DNA of 42,597 bases from a virus (Duplodnaviria; Caudoviricetes): positions 1-42,597 of IMG/VR virus record IMGVR_UViG_3300049182_000046; one strand, 5' to 3'. Positions 26,609 through 36,368 of this stretch are shown here, piece by piece. The notes below the pieces were generated by a model that saw only the letters and a program-made list of their open reading frames with translations, searched no databases and was not told the DNA's origin. The translations under genes were made by a program, and so were the position numbers. The stretch's first letter is position 1. Every line of letters begins with the position of its first letter.

Positions 26609-28125
26609 TCGAGCCGCTTACCATCGAAATCCCCGCAGGGGTTGTAGCTACCCCCACGAAGCGTAGCCGGTCCGCTAACTGGGCGGAAACCAACCTTGTG
26701 CGTTGGATCGATGGTAAGTTGGCACCGATCGGTGGGTGGAGCAAGGTCAACTACCCTGCGTTTGCCTCGAAAATCCGTGCCATCCACCGTTGGACCACCA
26801 ACAATGGCACGAAGCTGATCGGCTACCTCTGCGAAGGGCACGTCTACGTTGACGCAGGTGGCACCATCTACGATGTTTCCCCGGTGGACCCCCTCGTTGC
26901 GCCCGACGCCAGCTTTACAGCGGGCGGCTATGGTGATTCCCCGTTCGGCTTCGGCTCATACGGTACGCCTCGCCCCGACAAGCCGTCGCGTTTTGTTGTT
27001 CCAGACGTTTTCACCATCGACAACTGGGGCCAGAACCTTCTGGTCATGTCCAGCGTCGATGGGAGGCTGCTCCAGTGGGACCCCACCAGCCTCACGAACA
27101 AGTGCGAAGTTGTTGAGAACGCCCCGTTGGCGAACCGCACTTTCGTCGTTTCGCCGTATCGTCACGTGATCCTTTTCGGTATGGGTGGTAATCCTTCTGA
27201 TTGGGGGTGGTGCGACGAAGAAAACATCGAAAACTGGGACTTTGCCAGCCTCACTTCCAAGGCGGGCAAGAACAACATTCAGCCCGCGTCCAGCGTCATC
27301 TGCGCGGCTCGCTCCGGCTCGGACGTCGTGCTCTTCACCGAGGACAACGTAGGGCATATCGTCAATTACATCGGCCTCCCCTTCATCTTCTCGATGGACG
27401 TGCTTGGTGCCGAAGGCGCTCCTATCGCTTCTGATGCCCTGTCCGACACCCCCGATGGGTGCATTTGGGCATCGCGTGATGGCTTCTGGCGCCATTCCTC
27501 GGGTAGCGTGGCCCCCATCGTTTGCCCGGTGTGGAGTTGGGTTAACACCCTGATCGACGAAGACAACGCCCGGTTCACTGCTGCTTTCGCTGTTATGCCG
27601 GAATATTCGGAGGTGTACTTCTTCTTCCCCCAAAAGGGCAGCGCCACCAACACCCACTACGTTGTTTACAACTTCAAAGAAGGCTGGTGGGGAACGGGGA
27701 AAATGCGTCGCTCGTGTGGGGCGAAATCTACTTTCACGGGTTATCCGATCCTGTCCGATGGGGTCAATGTTTACCGCCACGAATTCGGCAACGCCTACGC
27801 CTTGCAAATCGGGGAAGAGTTGCCATGGGCCAAGACCCACAACATGAACCTCCTAAATGGTGGCATGATGATGACTGTCGGTCGGGTGCTCCCGGACTAC
27901 GACGGCGACGTCTCTGATGTGCGTTTCAAGTTGGACTACGCGGTGTTCCGTGCTGGTAGCACTATCCCGATGAACTCCGGGGACAAACCCGTTACGGAGG
28001 GCATCGTGGGGTTCATGGATACGGGCCGCGATTTCCAAATGACGGTGAAGCAGGTCGCCAACAGGGTGGCGGCTTGGACCGTCGGAAATAACATCGTAGA
28101 AGTTGTAAGGAGGGGCAGGCTTTGA
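26605..28125 (+). CDS. tail nozzle / DNA stabilization protein (P22 gp10 / T7 gp12-like)
   Basis: 506 aa, beta-propeller-like composition, position in podovirus tail module. Confidence 0.7.
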   Translation: MIEPLTIEIPAGVVATPTKRSRSANWAETNLVRWIDGKLAPIGGWSKVNYPAFASKIRAIHRWTTNNGTKLIGYLCEGHVYVDAGGTIYDVSPVDPLVAPDASFTAGGYGDSPFGFGSYGTPRPDKPSRFVVPDVFTIDNWGQNLLVMSSVDGRLLQWDPTSLTNKCEVVENAPLANRTFVVSPYRHVILFGMGGNPSDWGWCDEENIENWDFASLTSKAGKNNIQPASSVICAARSGSDVVLFTEDNVGHIVNYIGLPFIFSMDVLGAEGAPIASDALSDTPDGCIWASRDGFWRHSSGSVAPIVCPVWSWVNTLIDEDNARFTAAFAVMPEYSEVYFFFPQKGSATNTHYVVYNFKEGWWGTGKMRRSCGAKSTFTGYPILSDGVNVYRHEFGNAYALQIGEELPWAKTHNMNLLNGGMMMTVGRVLPDYDGDVSDVRFKLDYAVFRAGSTIPMNSGDKPVTEGIVGFMDTGRDFQMTVKQVANRVAAWTVGNNIVEVVRRGRL

Positions 28126-28337
28126 TCCCGTCACCTAAGTTTTCGGGCTACCCCGAGATCGTCAGATACCTCGGAACCCTTGTGGACTATCTTCGTCGGG
28201 AGTTGGCTAAACGCCCTCCCGCGAACACCGCAGTGGATTCCGTACTACTTGTGTCACCGAACCGGTCAGTGTATACTGTGCGGGTGACCGACACTGGAAC
28301 CTTGGAGACTACCCTTGAGTACGAAACGCCCCCGTAA
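28122..28337 (+). CDS. small hypothetical protein
   Basis: 71 aa coupled ORF. Confidence 0.65.
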   Translation: MIPSPKFSGYPEIVRYLGTLVDYLRRELAKRPPANTAVDSVLLVSPNRSVYTVRVTDTGTLETTLEYETPP

Positions 28338-28671
28338 TTTCCACAAAGAAATGGCGAGGGTGCTAGAGCTTCAAGGAGGTTTCTACACCGTCGAGGACAT
28401 CCTAGACCTCATCCACGAGGGCCGGATGCAGAGCTTCGCCAACCAAGACACTTGGGTAGTCACTCAAGTAAATAACTTCCCCCGCAAAAAGGTGTTGGAA
28501 GTGGTCTTTGTAATTGGTGATGCCGACAAGCTTCGTGAAATGGAACCTCGCATCGAGGAATACCGCCGAGAAATCCAAGCGGATATGTTGATGGCGACGG
28601 GCCGACTAGGGTGGCTTACTAAACATTTTGACGGGTGGAAGCCCATCAGCGCTAACTTCATTAAGGTGTGA
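28315..28671 (+). CDS. GNAT-like virion assembly protein (P22 gp14 / T7 gp13-like position)
   Basis: 118 aa with GRLGW motif, just before the ejection genes. Confidence 0.6.
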   Translation: MSTKRPRNFHKEMARVLELQGGFYTVEDILDLIHEGRMQSFANQDTWVVTQVNNFPRKKVLEVVFVIGDADKLREMEPRIEEYRREIQADMLMATGRLGWLTKHFDGWKPISANFIKV

Positions 28672-28672
28672 A

Positions 28673-29713
28673 ATGGTCTCGAAACAGCCGTCCCATACGA
28701 CACAGACGACGAAGGTCGAACTACCCGCGTGGGTCGACAAGGCGTCGCAGGATAACTACGCGCTCGCCGAGAAGCTCGGTTCGAAGCCGTTCATGCAATA
28801 TGGCGGCGATCGTGTTGCCTCCATGAGCGACGCTACTCAGGCCGGTATCAACGGCGTCCGAGACAAGATTGCTTCCGGGGACATGACCGGCATCATGTCG
28901 AAGATCGCTGACGGCACGATCAGCATCGGCAATACCGACATGTCGAAGTACATGAACCCTTACACGACCGAGGTCATCGACAAGAGCCTGTCGGCCGTTG
29001 ATGACAAGCGTCGTCAGGCTCTCATGGGCAACAGCGACGCGGCGGCGAAGGCCAAGGCATTCGGCGGCTCGCGTCACGGCATCATCGACGGTGTGACCAA
29101 TGCGGAATCGCTCAAGGATATGGGCCTCATCGCTTCGCAGCTGCGCTCCGACGGCTACAAGACCGCGCTGGCCTCCGCTTCGACGGATATCAACAATCAG
29201 GGCGCGATGGCGCAGGGCACCATCGACGCACGGACCAAAGAACTGGCAGCCCTTATGCAGACCGGCATGATGGAGAAGGGTCAGGGGCAGGAAGAGATCA
29301 ACGCGGCGATCCAGAAATTCAACGAGCCGCGTGACTACGACCTCGAAAACCTCAACCTGCGCCTTTCGGCGCTCGGAATGTCCCCTTACGGCAAGTCGGA
29401 ACAGACCGACAAGCAGACCACCGGGGGTTCCAGCGGCACCGACTTTGGTCAGTTGGGCATGGGTATCTTCTCGCTTCTGCTCGGCCTCTCCGAAGACGAC
29501 GAAAAAACCGACAAGAAAAAGCTCGGCAAGCTCCCGAACACAGACCTCGACTTGTGGGCATACCGCTACAAGGGCGACCCGAAGAGCTACCCGAAGGTTG
29601 TCGGCCCGATGGCATCCGACGTCGAGAAGAAGATGCCGCATCTGGTCAGCAAGGTCGGTGGCAAGCGTATCATCGACTTCGCGCCTATCATGGCAATGGC
29701 AAAGGGGGCGTAA
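28673..29713 (+). CDS. internal virion / ejection protein with C-terminal S74 chaperone-like segment
   Basis: YMNPYTTEVI, AFGGSRHG motifs; C-terminal KTDKKKLG..LWAYRYKGD..GPMASDVEK. Confidence 0.72.
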   Translation: MVSKQPSHTTQTTKVELPAWVDKASQDNYALAEKLGSKPFMQYGGDRVASMSDATQAGINGVRDKIASGDMTGIMSKIADGTISIGNTDMSKYMNPYTTEVIDKSLSAVDDKRRQALMGNSDAAAKAKAFGGSRHGIIDGVTNAESLKDMGLIASQLRSDGYKTALASASTDINNQGAMAQGTIDARTKELAALMQTGMMEKGQGQEEINAAIQKFNEPRDYDLENLNLRLSALGMSPYGKSEQTDKQTTGGSSGTDFGQLGMGIFSLLLGLSEDDEKTDKKKLGKLPNTDLDLWAYRYKGDPKSYPKVVGPMASDVEKKMPHLVSKVGGKRIIDFAPIMAMAKGA

Positions 29714-30511
29714 ATGGACATCGAAGCTTACATCCGCCAAGCCGCTGCCGCCCGAGGCATCGATCCGGACATCGCCGTGCGTGTTGCCAAGTCCGAAGGG
29801 GGCCTCAAAGACCCCACCCGGCAGAGCCTCGTCACGAAGGGTGGTGTTCGCGAACCGTCCTACGGTCCCTTCCAGCTGCTCGTCGGCGGTGGCGATACAG
29901 GGTTCCCGGCTGGCATGGGCAACGACTTCGTCGCCAAGTACGGCATGCACCCTTCCGACCCCAACGCGTGGCAGAAGGGCATCGACTTCGCCCTCGACAA
30001 CGCAGCCAACAAAGGCTGGGGCGCTTGGTACGGTGCGGCTAAGGTCGGCGTCGACCGCTTTGACGGCATCGGCGGTCCACGTCGTGTTCCCGGCACCTCG
30101 CTGGCCGGGGCTGAGCGACAGATGGGCGACCAGCCGATGACCGCTAGTGTTCCGCCTCTTGAAAACCGGGGCGACGTTAAGACGTACAACGTGGCCGAGG
30201 CAACCGAGCCGTCCCTTTCGATGGGGGATAAAATCGGACAAGCAATCTGGGGTGATAATGCCGAGAAGCTCAAGGGGCTGTTCGGCGAGGGGGCCACTGC
30301 TAACCCGGCGTCTAAAGGTCTGAACCTGTTGTCGGGCGCTATGGGCAAGGGCAGCACCGCTCAGGCGCAGGAACACGCGGCTCCGATACAGTCGAGCCTG
30401 CCCGCAATCGAAGCGGCTGATGCGCAACGCACCATGGCGGCGCAGCAGTTGATGTCAACACTTCTTTCTACCCGCAAAAATCGGGGTACGACCATTGGGA
30501 GGTTCGCATGA
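29714..30511 (+). CDS. internal virion protein with lytic transglycosylase / lysozyme-like domain
   Basis: YIRQAAAARGIDPDIAVRVAKSEGG..SYGPFQL. Confidence 0.72.
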   Translation: MDIEAYIRQAAAARGIDPDIAVRVAKSEGGLKDPTRQSLVTKGGVREPSYGPFQLLVGGGDTGFPAGMGNDFVAKYGMHPSDPNAWQKGIDFALDNAANKGWGAWYGAAKVGVDRFDGIGGPRRVPGTSLAGAERQMGDQPMTASVPPLENRGDVKTYNVAEATEPSLSMGDKIGQAIWGDNAEKLKGLFGEGATANPASKGLNLLSGAMGKGSTAQAQEHAAPIQSSLPAIEAADAQRTMAAQQLMSTLLSTRKNRGTTIGRFA

Positions 30512-32007
30512 GCGTAGGGGCACGACTTCTTGACCTGATGGGCAAGGAAGACCCACGTGAGAAGCTTATCGCCGCCATAGTGGGCGGCGGGGCTACGGGT
30601 GCGCCCGCTGCTGGCGGCGGGGCTGGCGGCGCACCGTACGCGGGGGGCGGCGCGGGTGCGGGCGGTACTGGTGCCCCTGCACCCGCTGCCCCCGGTGGCG
30701 CACCGGCTGGTCCCACGGGGTTTGAAAGCCCTCCGGACTTCGCAGCGCTGTACAAAGACCTGGCTCAATACGCCAGCAAAACGCAAAGCATCGACCGGGG
30801 CTTCGGCCTCATTGGTTCGTCGATTTCGCAGGATGGCAACCGCGAGGCAACGCTCAACTCGTTTACCGGGGGCAACGGCTCCAACATTGGTGTTCCCGAC
30901 CCCGGCGCGATGGCATCGACCGCCATGGAGTTGCAAAAAGCGTCGATCGCTCGGCAGCAGCGAGCAGCGATGCTGGCTTCCTTGCCGATGATCGCTCGCA
31001 AGTATGGTCTGGACCTCGAAACGGCGAAGATGCTCTACGAACAGGGCAAATTGGAGGAGGTGATCGCCGAGCGCGAGAAGCCGAACTCCGAGATCGTCAA
31101 GGCGGAAGACGGCACCAACATTCTGATCGACCGTACCTCGGGCGATCAGCGCGGCGTCTACGGTGGCAAAAAGGACACGACCAAGGTCATTCCCGGCCCC
31201 AACGGATCGAACGTGCTTTTCGACGAGGAAGCCGATCAGGTCATCGGCTCTGTTACGCCACGAGACATGTCCAGCGAGTACGTGGAGTACACCGACTACG
31301 TCAACAACGAAGCCAAGGCGAACCCCAACAACCCGCCGATGAGCTTCCAGCAGTTCCGGATGACGAAGCCGCCGTCGACGCAGATCACTAACAACATGGG
31401 TAATAAGCTGGACCCTGAAAGCGAAGCCTTCGCCAAGAAGTCGGGCGATTTCTTTGCGGAAGACTACCAGAAATTCCGGGGCCAGCGCAGTCAGGCTCGG
31501 GACATGCTCAACCAGTATTCCATCGCTCGGAAGGCGTTGGATACGGACGTCACCACCGGTACTTTCGGCGAGTACGAGCAGTCTCTCCGCAAGCTGGGTG
31601 CTTCCATGGGCATCGACACGGATATGAGCAAGATCACCGGTGGTGAACTTCTTAAGACGGTAACGAACCGAATGGCCCTGCTCATGCGTAACCCCGAAAG
31701 CGGGATGGGTATGCCGGGTTCCGTTTCCGACCGCGACTTGACCTTCTTGAAGGACGCGCAGGTCAGCCTGACTACGGCTAACCCCAAGGCGATGATCGAC
31801 ATCTTCGAGCGGATCGAGAAACGCAAAATCGAGATCGCTGACCTCGCCGATAAGTACGTCAAGGAAAACAAGAAACTGGACGCTGGCTTCGACGATGTCG
31901 TCAGGGAGTTCGTCGACAGTAACCCGCTGTTCGAAGGTATCAACCTTAAACCGCAGGACCCCGAGGAGTATCGAAAGTCGGTGTACGAGCAGTACAGGAG
32001 CAAATAA
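30508..32007 (+). CDS. internal virion / DNA ejection protein
   Basis: 499 aa; GSVSDRDLTFL motif; position in module. Confidence 0.65.
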   Translation: MSVGARLLDLMGKEDPREKLIAAIVGGGATGAPAAGGGAGGAPYAGGGAGAGGTGAPAPAAPGGAPAGPTGFESPPDFAALYKDLAQYASKTQSIDRGFGLIGSSISQDGNREATLNSFTGGNGSNIGVPDPGAMASTAMELQKASIARQQRAAMLASLPMIARKYGLDLETAKMLYEQGKLEEVIAEREKPNSEIVKAEDGTNILIDRTSGDQRGVYGGKKDTTKVIPGPNGSNVLFDEEADQVIGSVTPRDMSSEYVEYTDYVNNEAKANPNNPPMSFQQFRMTKPPSTQITNNMGNKLDPESEAFAKKSGDFFAEDYQKFRGQRSQARDMLNQYSIARKALDTDVTTGTFGEYEQSLRKLGASMGIDTDMSKITGGELLKTVTNRMALLMRNPESGMGMPGSVSDRDLTFLKDAQVSLTTANPKAMIDIFERIEKRKIEIADLADKYVKENKKLDAGFDDVVREFVDSNPLFEGINLKPQDPEEYRKSVYEQYRSK

Positions 32008-33759
32008 ATGGCGACGCGGAAAGAACTCGAAGATATGATGATCCGCGCCCACGAGGCCGGTGACGTACAAGCTGCTAAGCTTTTTGCCGACGATATCGCG
32101 AAGCTCGAAGCCGCGCCCTCCGCCCGCGAGCAGTACGATCAGATGGGCACCCTCGGTAAGATTGGCACTGCAGCAAGTGACGTGGTTCGCCTCGCTGGGT
32201 CGGGCGCTGGCTTTGGCTACGCCGAAAAGGCGCTGGCCGGGGTTAAGTCGATGCTCGGCCAAGGCGGGTACGATGAACTGCTGGAGTCTGAAAGGCTCGC
32301 CACTCAGCAAGCACGTGAGCGTGCGGGTTCCGCAGCTACACCGGCCTCGGTACTCGGGCCTATGGGGGCGTCCAGTGCGCTGCAACGAATGCTCCCTGCG
32401 GTCATGAGCGCGGCTCCCACTGGCCCACTCTGGCAGAGACTCCTTGGAGCAACGTCGGCAGGTGCCATCGAAGGTGGCGCTTACGGGGCCTTGGAAGCCT
32501 CCGGCAACGACCGCGATATCTCGGACGGTGCAATGACTGGCGCTGCTTTCGGTGCTGGAGGTGGCGCTTTGTCCGAGGGCTTCCTTTCGGCGGTCAACGC
32601 TGTTGCGGGCAAGGGAATGGGCTACGCTCCCCCGGCTCCGTCGAAAGACGAACTTATGAACGAATCCCGCTCTCTTCGCACCGAGGCGGCTGATCAAGAT
32701 GTGTTCATCAATCCGGACGCCATCGCGGGCTTGAACCAGACGCTCTACCGCAACGTTGGTGAAGGCAACAAACAGGGCGCTCGCCCCGATCGCCACCGCG
32801 CCACTATCTCAGAATTGAACCGATACGGGGAGTACACCCCGAGCCTTCAGTCCCCGAAGACCAAGTCCACTCGCACGTATTCCGACGTAGATGGTGCGAC
32901 CCGTTCGACCACGGAGACGGCTCCGAACCCGCCTGTCACGAAGGATACCAAGTTCCGTCGCCAGTCGGACGTCAACAGCACCCGCACCACGGTAAATACG
33001 AACCCCGACCGTGGAATGTCGCTGTACGACCTCGACCAGCACCGCCAGACTACTCAAATGAACGCCGCTCGGCATCCGGATGACGCTGAAGCGAAGTTCG
33101 GTACGGACATCATTCGCGAGTTGGACAAGTTCGCGGACAGCCTTGACAACACGACGGCGGGCGCGGTCCGGGGAACAGTACCGGAGGCCGTCGACAAAAT
33201 GAAGACGGCTCGCGAACTCGATCACCGCCGCCTCAAGCTGCAGGACGTCGAAGCGCCGATCGAAGCCGCCCGCCGACAGCAAGACGCATCGGCTGGCGTC
33301 AACACCGGCTCGGATATCCGATCGACCGTAGCTAACATGTTGCGCGATGAGCGCAAGGTGCAGGGGTTCAGCGACGTCGAGAAGGAAATGATGGAGGGCA
33401 TCGTCAAGGGCAGCAAATCCGCCAACCGTTGGCGTGGTACGAGCCAGAAGATGCGCGGCATGATGGGCGGTGCTATCGGCGGCGCGGCTGGCTTCTCGCT
33501 CGGTTCCCTTATGGGCGGAGGGATCGGCGGCGCAGCAGGAGCCGGTGCCGGTGTTGGTGCAGCCCGCGTTCTCGCGGACTACGCTGCGGGCAAGGCGTCA
33601 AAGGCGACCGAAAAGCAAGTGGAAGAACTGCTTGACACCATTGCGCGTGGCTCGGTAGCTTCGCCCCGTAATGCGCCCAAGCTTGTAAAGGACGATTACA
33701 AGCGGACCGCTCGCGAGCTTATCACGTTTTTGGGTATTGAAGAGAGTAGCCCCGAGTAA
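32008..33759 (+). CDS. internal virion / DNA ejection protein
   Basis: 583 aa with Gly/Ala-rich membrane-like segments; last late gene. Confidence 0.65.
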   Translation: MATRKELEDMMIRAHEAGDVQAAKLFADDIAKLEAAPSAREQYDQMGTLGKIGTAASDVVRLAGSGAGFGYAEKALAGVKSMLGQGGYDELLESERLATQQARERAGSAATPASVLGPMGASSALQRMLPAVMSAAPTGPLWQRLLGATSAGAIEGGAYGALEASGNDRDISDGAMTGAAFGAGGGALSEGFLSAVNAVAGKGMGYAPPAPSKDELMNESRSLRTEAADQDVFINPDAIAGLNQTLYRNVGEGNKQGARPDRHRATISELNRYGEYTPSLQSPKTKSTRTYSDVDGATRSTTETAPNPPVTKDTKFRRQSDVNSTRTTVNTNPDRGMSLYDLDQHRQTTQMNAARHPDDAEAKFGTDIIRELDKFADSLDNTTAGAVRGTVPEAVDKMKTARELDHRRLKLQDVEAPIEAARRQQDASAGVNTGSDIRSTVANMLRDERKVQGFSDVEKEMMEGIVKGSKSANRWRGTSQKMRGMMGGAIGGAAGFSLGSLMGGGIGGAAGAGAGVGAARVLADYAAGKASKATEKQVEELLDTIARGSVASPRNAPKLVKDDYKRTARELITFLGIEESSPE

Positions 33760-33876
33760 CACAAGGAACACCGAAAACACCCACCGATCGGCCCAACTCT
33801 CGAAATGGAGTTGGGCCTTGTCGTACAGGAGTATCGCGAAGGCTACAAATAGGGTCAAAACACGGTTCCCGTTCAT
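33598..33876 (-). CDS. possible small two-TM membrane protein
   Basis: ATGA-coupled to the helicase stop; two hydrophobic segments; 3' end overlaps the convergent gene. Confidence 0.4.
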   Translation of the reverse strand: MNGNRVLTLFVAFAILLYDKAQLHFESWADRWVFSVFLVLLGATLFNTQKRDKLASGPLVIVLYKLGRITGRSYRATRNGVKQFFHLLFGRL

Positions 33877-35267
33877 TTCTTTTTCCCAATGTGCTGGAAG
33901 ACGGATTGGAAGACCGACTCTTTTCGCTGTAGTGCAAGCGCCGCCGATTTGTCGAGGGGTGTCCCAATCAGGTCGGCGTACATGTTCCCGCTACCAAGCT
34001 GCCCGATGCGGTGGTTCCGGTCCTCCAGCTGCGAGCGGTCGTCCAGCGAGTACGTGTTCTCGTAGAAGATCATGTTCGTGCAGTGGTCGTCGAGGTCGTC
34101 GAGGCCGAGCAGGGTGTGCCCGTACTTCGCCGCCTTGGTGAGGAAGATGATCCGGCAGTTCTTGTCGGTGTTGAAGCGACGCTTCTCCTCATCGATCTCC
34201 TGCTGCGTCATTCCCCCGACGATGCGGGCGGGCTGCAGTTTTTCGAAGCGGTCGTACAACATCGGCCTGACGACCTTGTGGTTGTAGACGACAATCAGCT
34301 TGCCCCGGATTTCCTCATAGTATTCCACCAGTGCATTGAGGCGGGGGTTCTTGGACGGCTCGACGAGCATGTGCACCTTTTGCTGTTCGTCGATGATGAA
34401 GCCAGCTTGAATTTGCGCTAGCTTGATGTATTTGGTGATGGCCTGATCGACCGTGACGCGCTCTTCGTCCGAAAGCCACAAGACGAACTGCTCTTCCATC
34501 TGTTTGTACATCGACAGCATTTCTGCCGTCATGCGGTATTCACGCAGGGTGTACAGCTTCGGGGGTAGGTCGGTCCACTCCGCCTTCGTGGCCCGGAATA
34601 CATGGGGGTCGATCTTCTGCGCCAATATGTCTTCGTTTTGCGCCCCGATGACCGACTTCATCTTGAAGCCGCCCATCTTGCAGAACGCGTTTTTGAAGGC
34701 ATAATAGACTTGACCCTGTAGATGGCCGATAAACCGCATCTGCGCCCACAGATCGTGTGGACCCTGCGACATAGGCTTCCCCGAAAGGATGCGCCTAAAC
34801 TCGAATAGCTGCGCGATTTCGAGCGCAGCCTTGGTTTGATCCGACCGGTGGTCCTTGAGTTTGATGCTCTCGTCAGCCGCTATGTAACACCGTCGCTCAC
34901 GCGTAAAATCCGCGATGAAGTCCCTAGCGGATTGATGGCGGATGGCTTCATAATTAATAATAAGGTTGGGTCGAGTGTTGAATCCACGACGAAGCGCAGA
35001 CCGTAGATACTTCTCGTTTCCGGACTCCCAGACCAAGGGGGTGATTGGGAATCCAAACTTGTCAACTTCGTCGGCCCATCCCCCTTTGAATGAGTTTGGG
35101 GCGATTGTGACCATTCGCTGGAGATCGTAGGCGACAGCGTTGTCAAGGAAGTCCCCGTAAGTAGTCGATGTTTTTCCAAGACCCTGCTCCATGAAATAGC
35201 CGAAGCCCGTTTTGCCGAAGCTGCGCTTCATTGCTTCGCGCTGCGCGCCTTGTGGTTCCCAAGTCAT
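33873..35267 (-). CDS. SNF2-family (SF2) helicase
   Basis: MEQGLGKT, IAADES, LSGKP, QLEDRNHRIGQ motifs. Confidence 0.9.
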   Translation of the reverse strand: MTWEPQGAQREAMKRSFGKTGFGYFMEQGLGKTSTTYGDFLDNAVAYDLQRMVTIAPNSFKGGWADEVDKFGFPITPLVWESGNEKYLRSALRRGFNTRPNLIINYEAIRHQSARDFIADFTRERRCYIAADESIKLKDHRSDQTKAALEIAQLFEFRRILSGKPMSQGPHDLWAQMRFIGHLQGQVYYAFKNAFCKMGGFKMKSVIGAQNEDILAQKIDPHVFRATKAEWTDLPPKLYTLREYRMTAEMLSMYKQMEEQFVLWLSDEERVTVDQAITKYIKLAQIQAGFIIDEQQKVHMLVEPSKNPRLNALVEYYEEIRGKLIVVYNHKVVRPMLYDRFEKLQPARIVGGMTQQEIDEEKRRFNTDKNCRIIFLTKAAKYGHTLLGLDDLDDHCTNMIFYENTYSLDDRSQLEDRNHRIGQLGSGNMYADLIGTPLDKSAALALQRKESVFQSVFQHIGKKK

Positions 35268-35824
35268 CAACGGCCCCTTTTCGAGTGTCGTTCAGAAATG
35301 TCGTTGGACATGTGTTGCATTAGCGGCCACACAAAAGCACGCCACACCTCAAAAGGCTGTGGAAACCCCGAGTGCTCCATTATGTAGTTGCTGATTTCAG
35401 CTTGGTAGCTCTGGTAGTGATTCTCCACAAACCGGTTGCCGAGCAGCCGCTCTACGCAGATGAAGTGATAGCCTTCCAGCAGGTCTGCCAGCTTGACGAT
35501 GGGGCGGAGGTTTGCGCTGATCACCGGCTTCGGAATCAGGTCTTGATGGTCCTCCACCATCCCCGCCTCGTCGATGTACGGCTTGACCATCGTCGGCGGA
35601 TCGCCCATGACCGCTTCGAGGTTGTCGTGGTTCAGGGCGTATTGGGATAGTTCGTAGAGTTCGTCGATCCGAGTAATACCGAACCAATCTTTGGCGATGC
35701 GGGTAGCCAGCCTTTCGACGTTGAAGCAGTGTTCCGCCACAGACTGCTTCTGGATCGTGTGGAGAACCGACCAACGAGGCACCACCGAAAGGCGGTGGTC
35801 TAGTTCTGTGAAAATGGGCTTCAT
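35267..35824 (-). CDS. datZ: HD-domain deoxynucleotide phosphohydrolase (dATPase, DatZ candidate)
   Basis: RW..QSVAEH..HD..E..GDPPT.VK..KLADLLE, a YfbR/DatZ-type HD pattern; lies in the purZ cluster. Confidence 0.8.
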   Translation of the reverse strand: MKPIFTELDHRLSVVPRWSVLHTIQKQSVAEHCFNVERLATRIAKDWFGITRIDELYELSQYALNHDNLEAVMGDPPTMVKPYIDEAGMVEDHQDLIPKPVISANLRPIVKLADLLEGYHFICVERLLGNRFVENHYQSYQAEISNYIMEHSGFPQPFEVWRAFVWPLMQHMSNDISERHSKRGR

Positions 35825-36015
35825 TTTGCCCTCTCTAACGCTTGCTTTACGTCCTTGAATTTTTCCAACAAGGTCACCATCTTGTGTGCCCCTCGTTCGT
35901 CAAGTGTTTGCAAAGCCGAAAGCCCGAAGGCTATGTTGGTATTGCAGCCCTCAAGGAGGAACTGGTATTGTTCCTCGGTAAGCTCCACCACTCTGTCCGG
36001 GGGATTATTGCTCAT
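35821..36015 (-). CDS. small hypothetical protein
   Basis: 64 aa MSNNPPDRVV..., ATGA-coupled on both sides. Confidence 0.7.
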   Translation of the reverse strand: MSNNPPDRVVELTEEQYQFLLEGCNTNIAFGLSALQTLDERGAHKMVTLLEKFKDVKQALERAK

Positions 36016-36326
36016 TTGCCGCGCTCCACGGCGATATTGGCGATCATCAGCGCGAAGTTGGCGACGTCCGCCGCTTCGAGGATGGTCTTGATGGAGTTGC
36101 CCCCGATTTCCTCGCGGAGTTCGGACACCTCGGCTTCGAGAAGTTTGAAAGCATGGTCGACTGTGTAACCTTCCCACTTACCTTTGTCGGCATTCTTCTC
36201 CAGCTTGTATACCATCGCCTCGACGAAGCGGCGGATATCGTGGGCGTAGTGCGCCATTTCGCCGGGGACGGTTACCGTGAAGCTTATGGCGGGCATTTTC
36301 GGGGTTATTTCTTTTTCGGATAGCAT
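36012..36326 (-). CDS. mazZ: MazG-like nucleotide pyrophosphohydrolase (MazZ candidate)
   Basis: LEAEVSEL..LEAADVANF = ExxE..ExxD; directly downstream of purZ. Confidence 0.65.
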   Translation of the reverse strand: MLSEKEITPKMPAISFTVTVPGEMAHYAHDIRRFVEAMVYKLEKNADKGKWEGYTVDHAFKLLEAEVSELREEIGGNSIKTILEAADVANFALMIANIAVERGK

Positions 36327-36345
36327 TTTATCCTCGTAAAGTTGT

Positions 36346-36365
36346 GGCGGGGATCGCTCCCCGCC
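36346..36365 (-). terminator. hairpin downstream of purZ
   Basis: GGCGGGGA-GCGA-TCCCCGCC on the minus strand (GNRA loop), weak U tail. Confidence 0.45.
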
Positions 36366-36368
36366 GTA

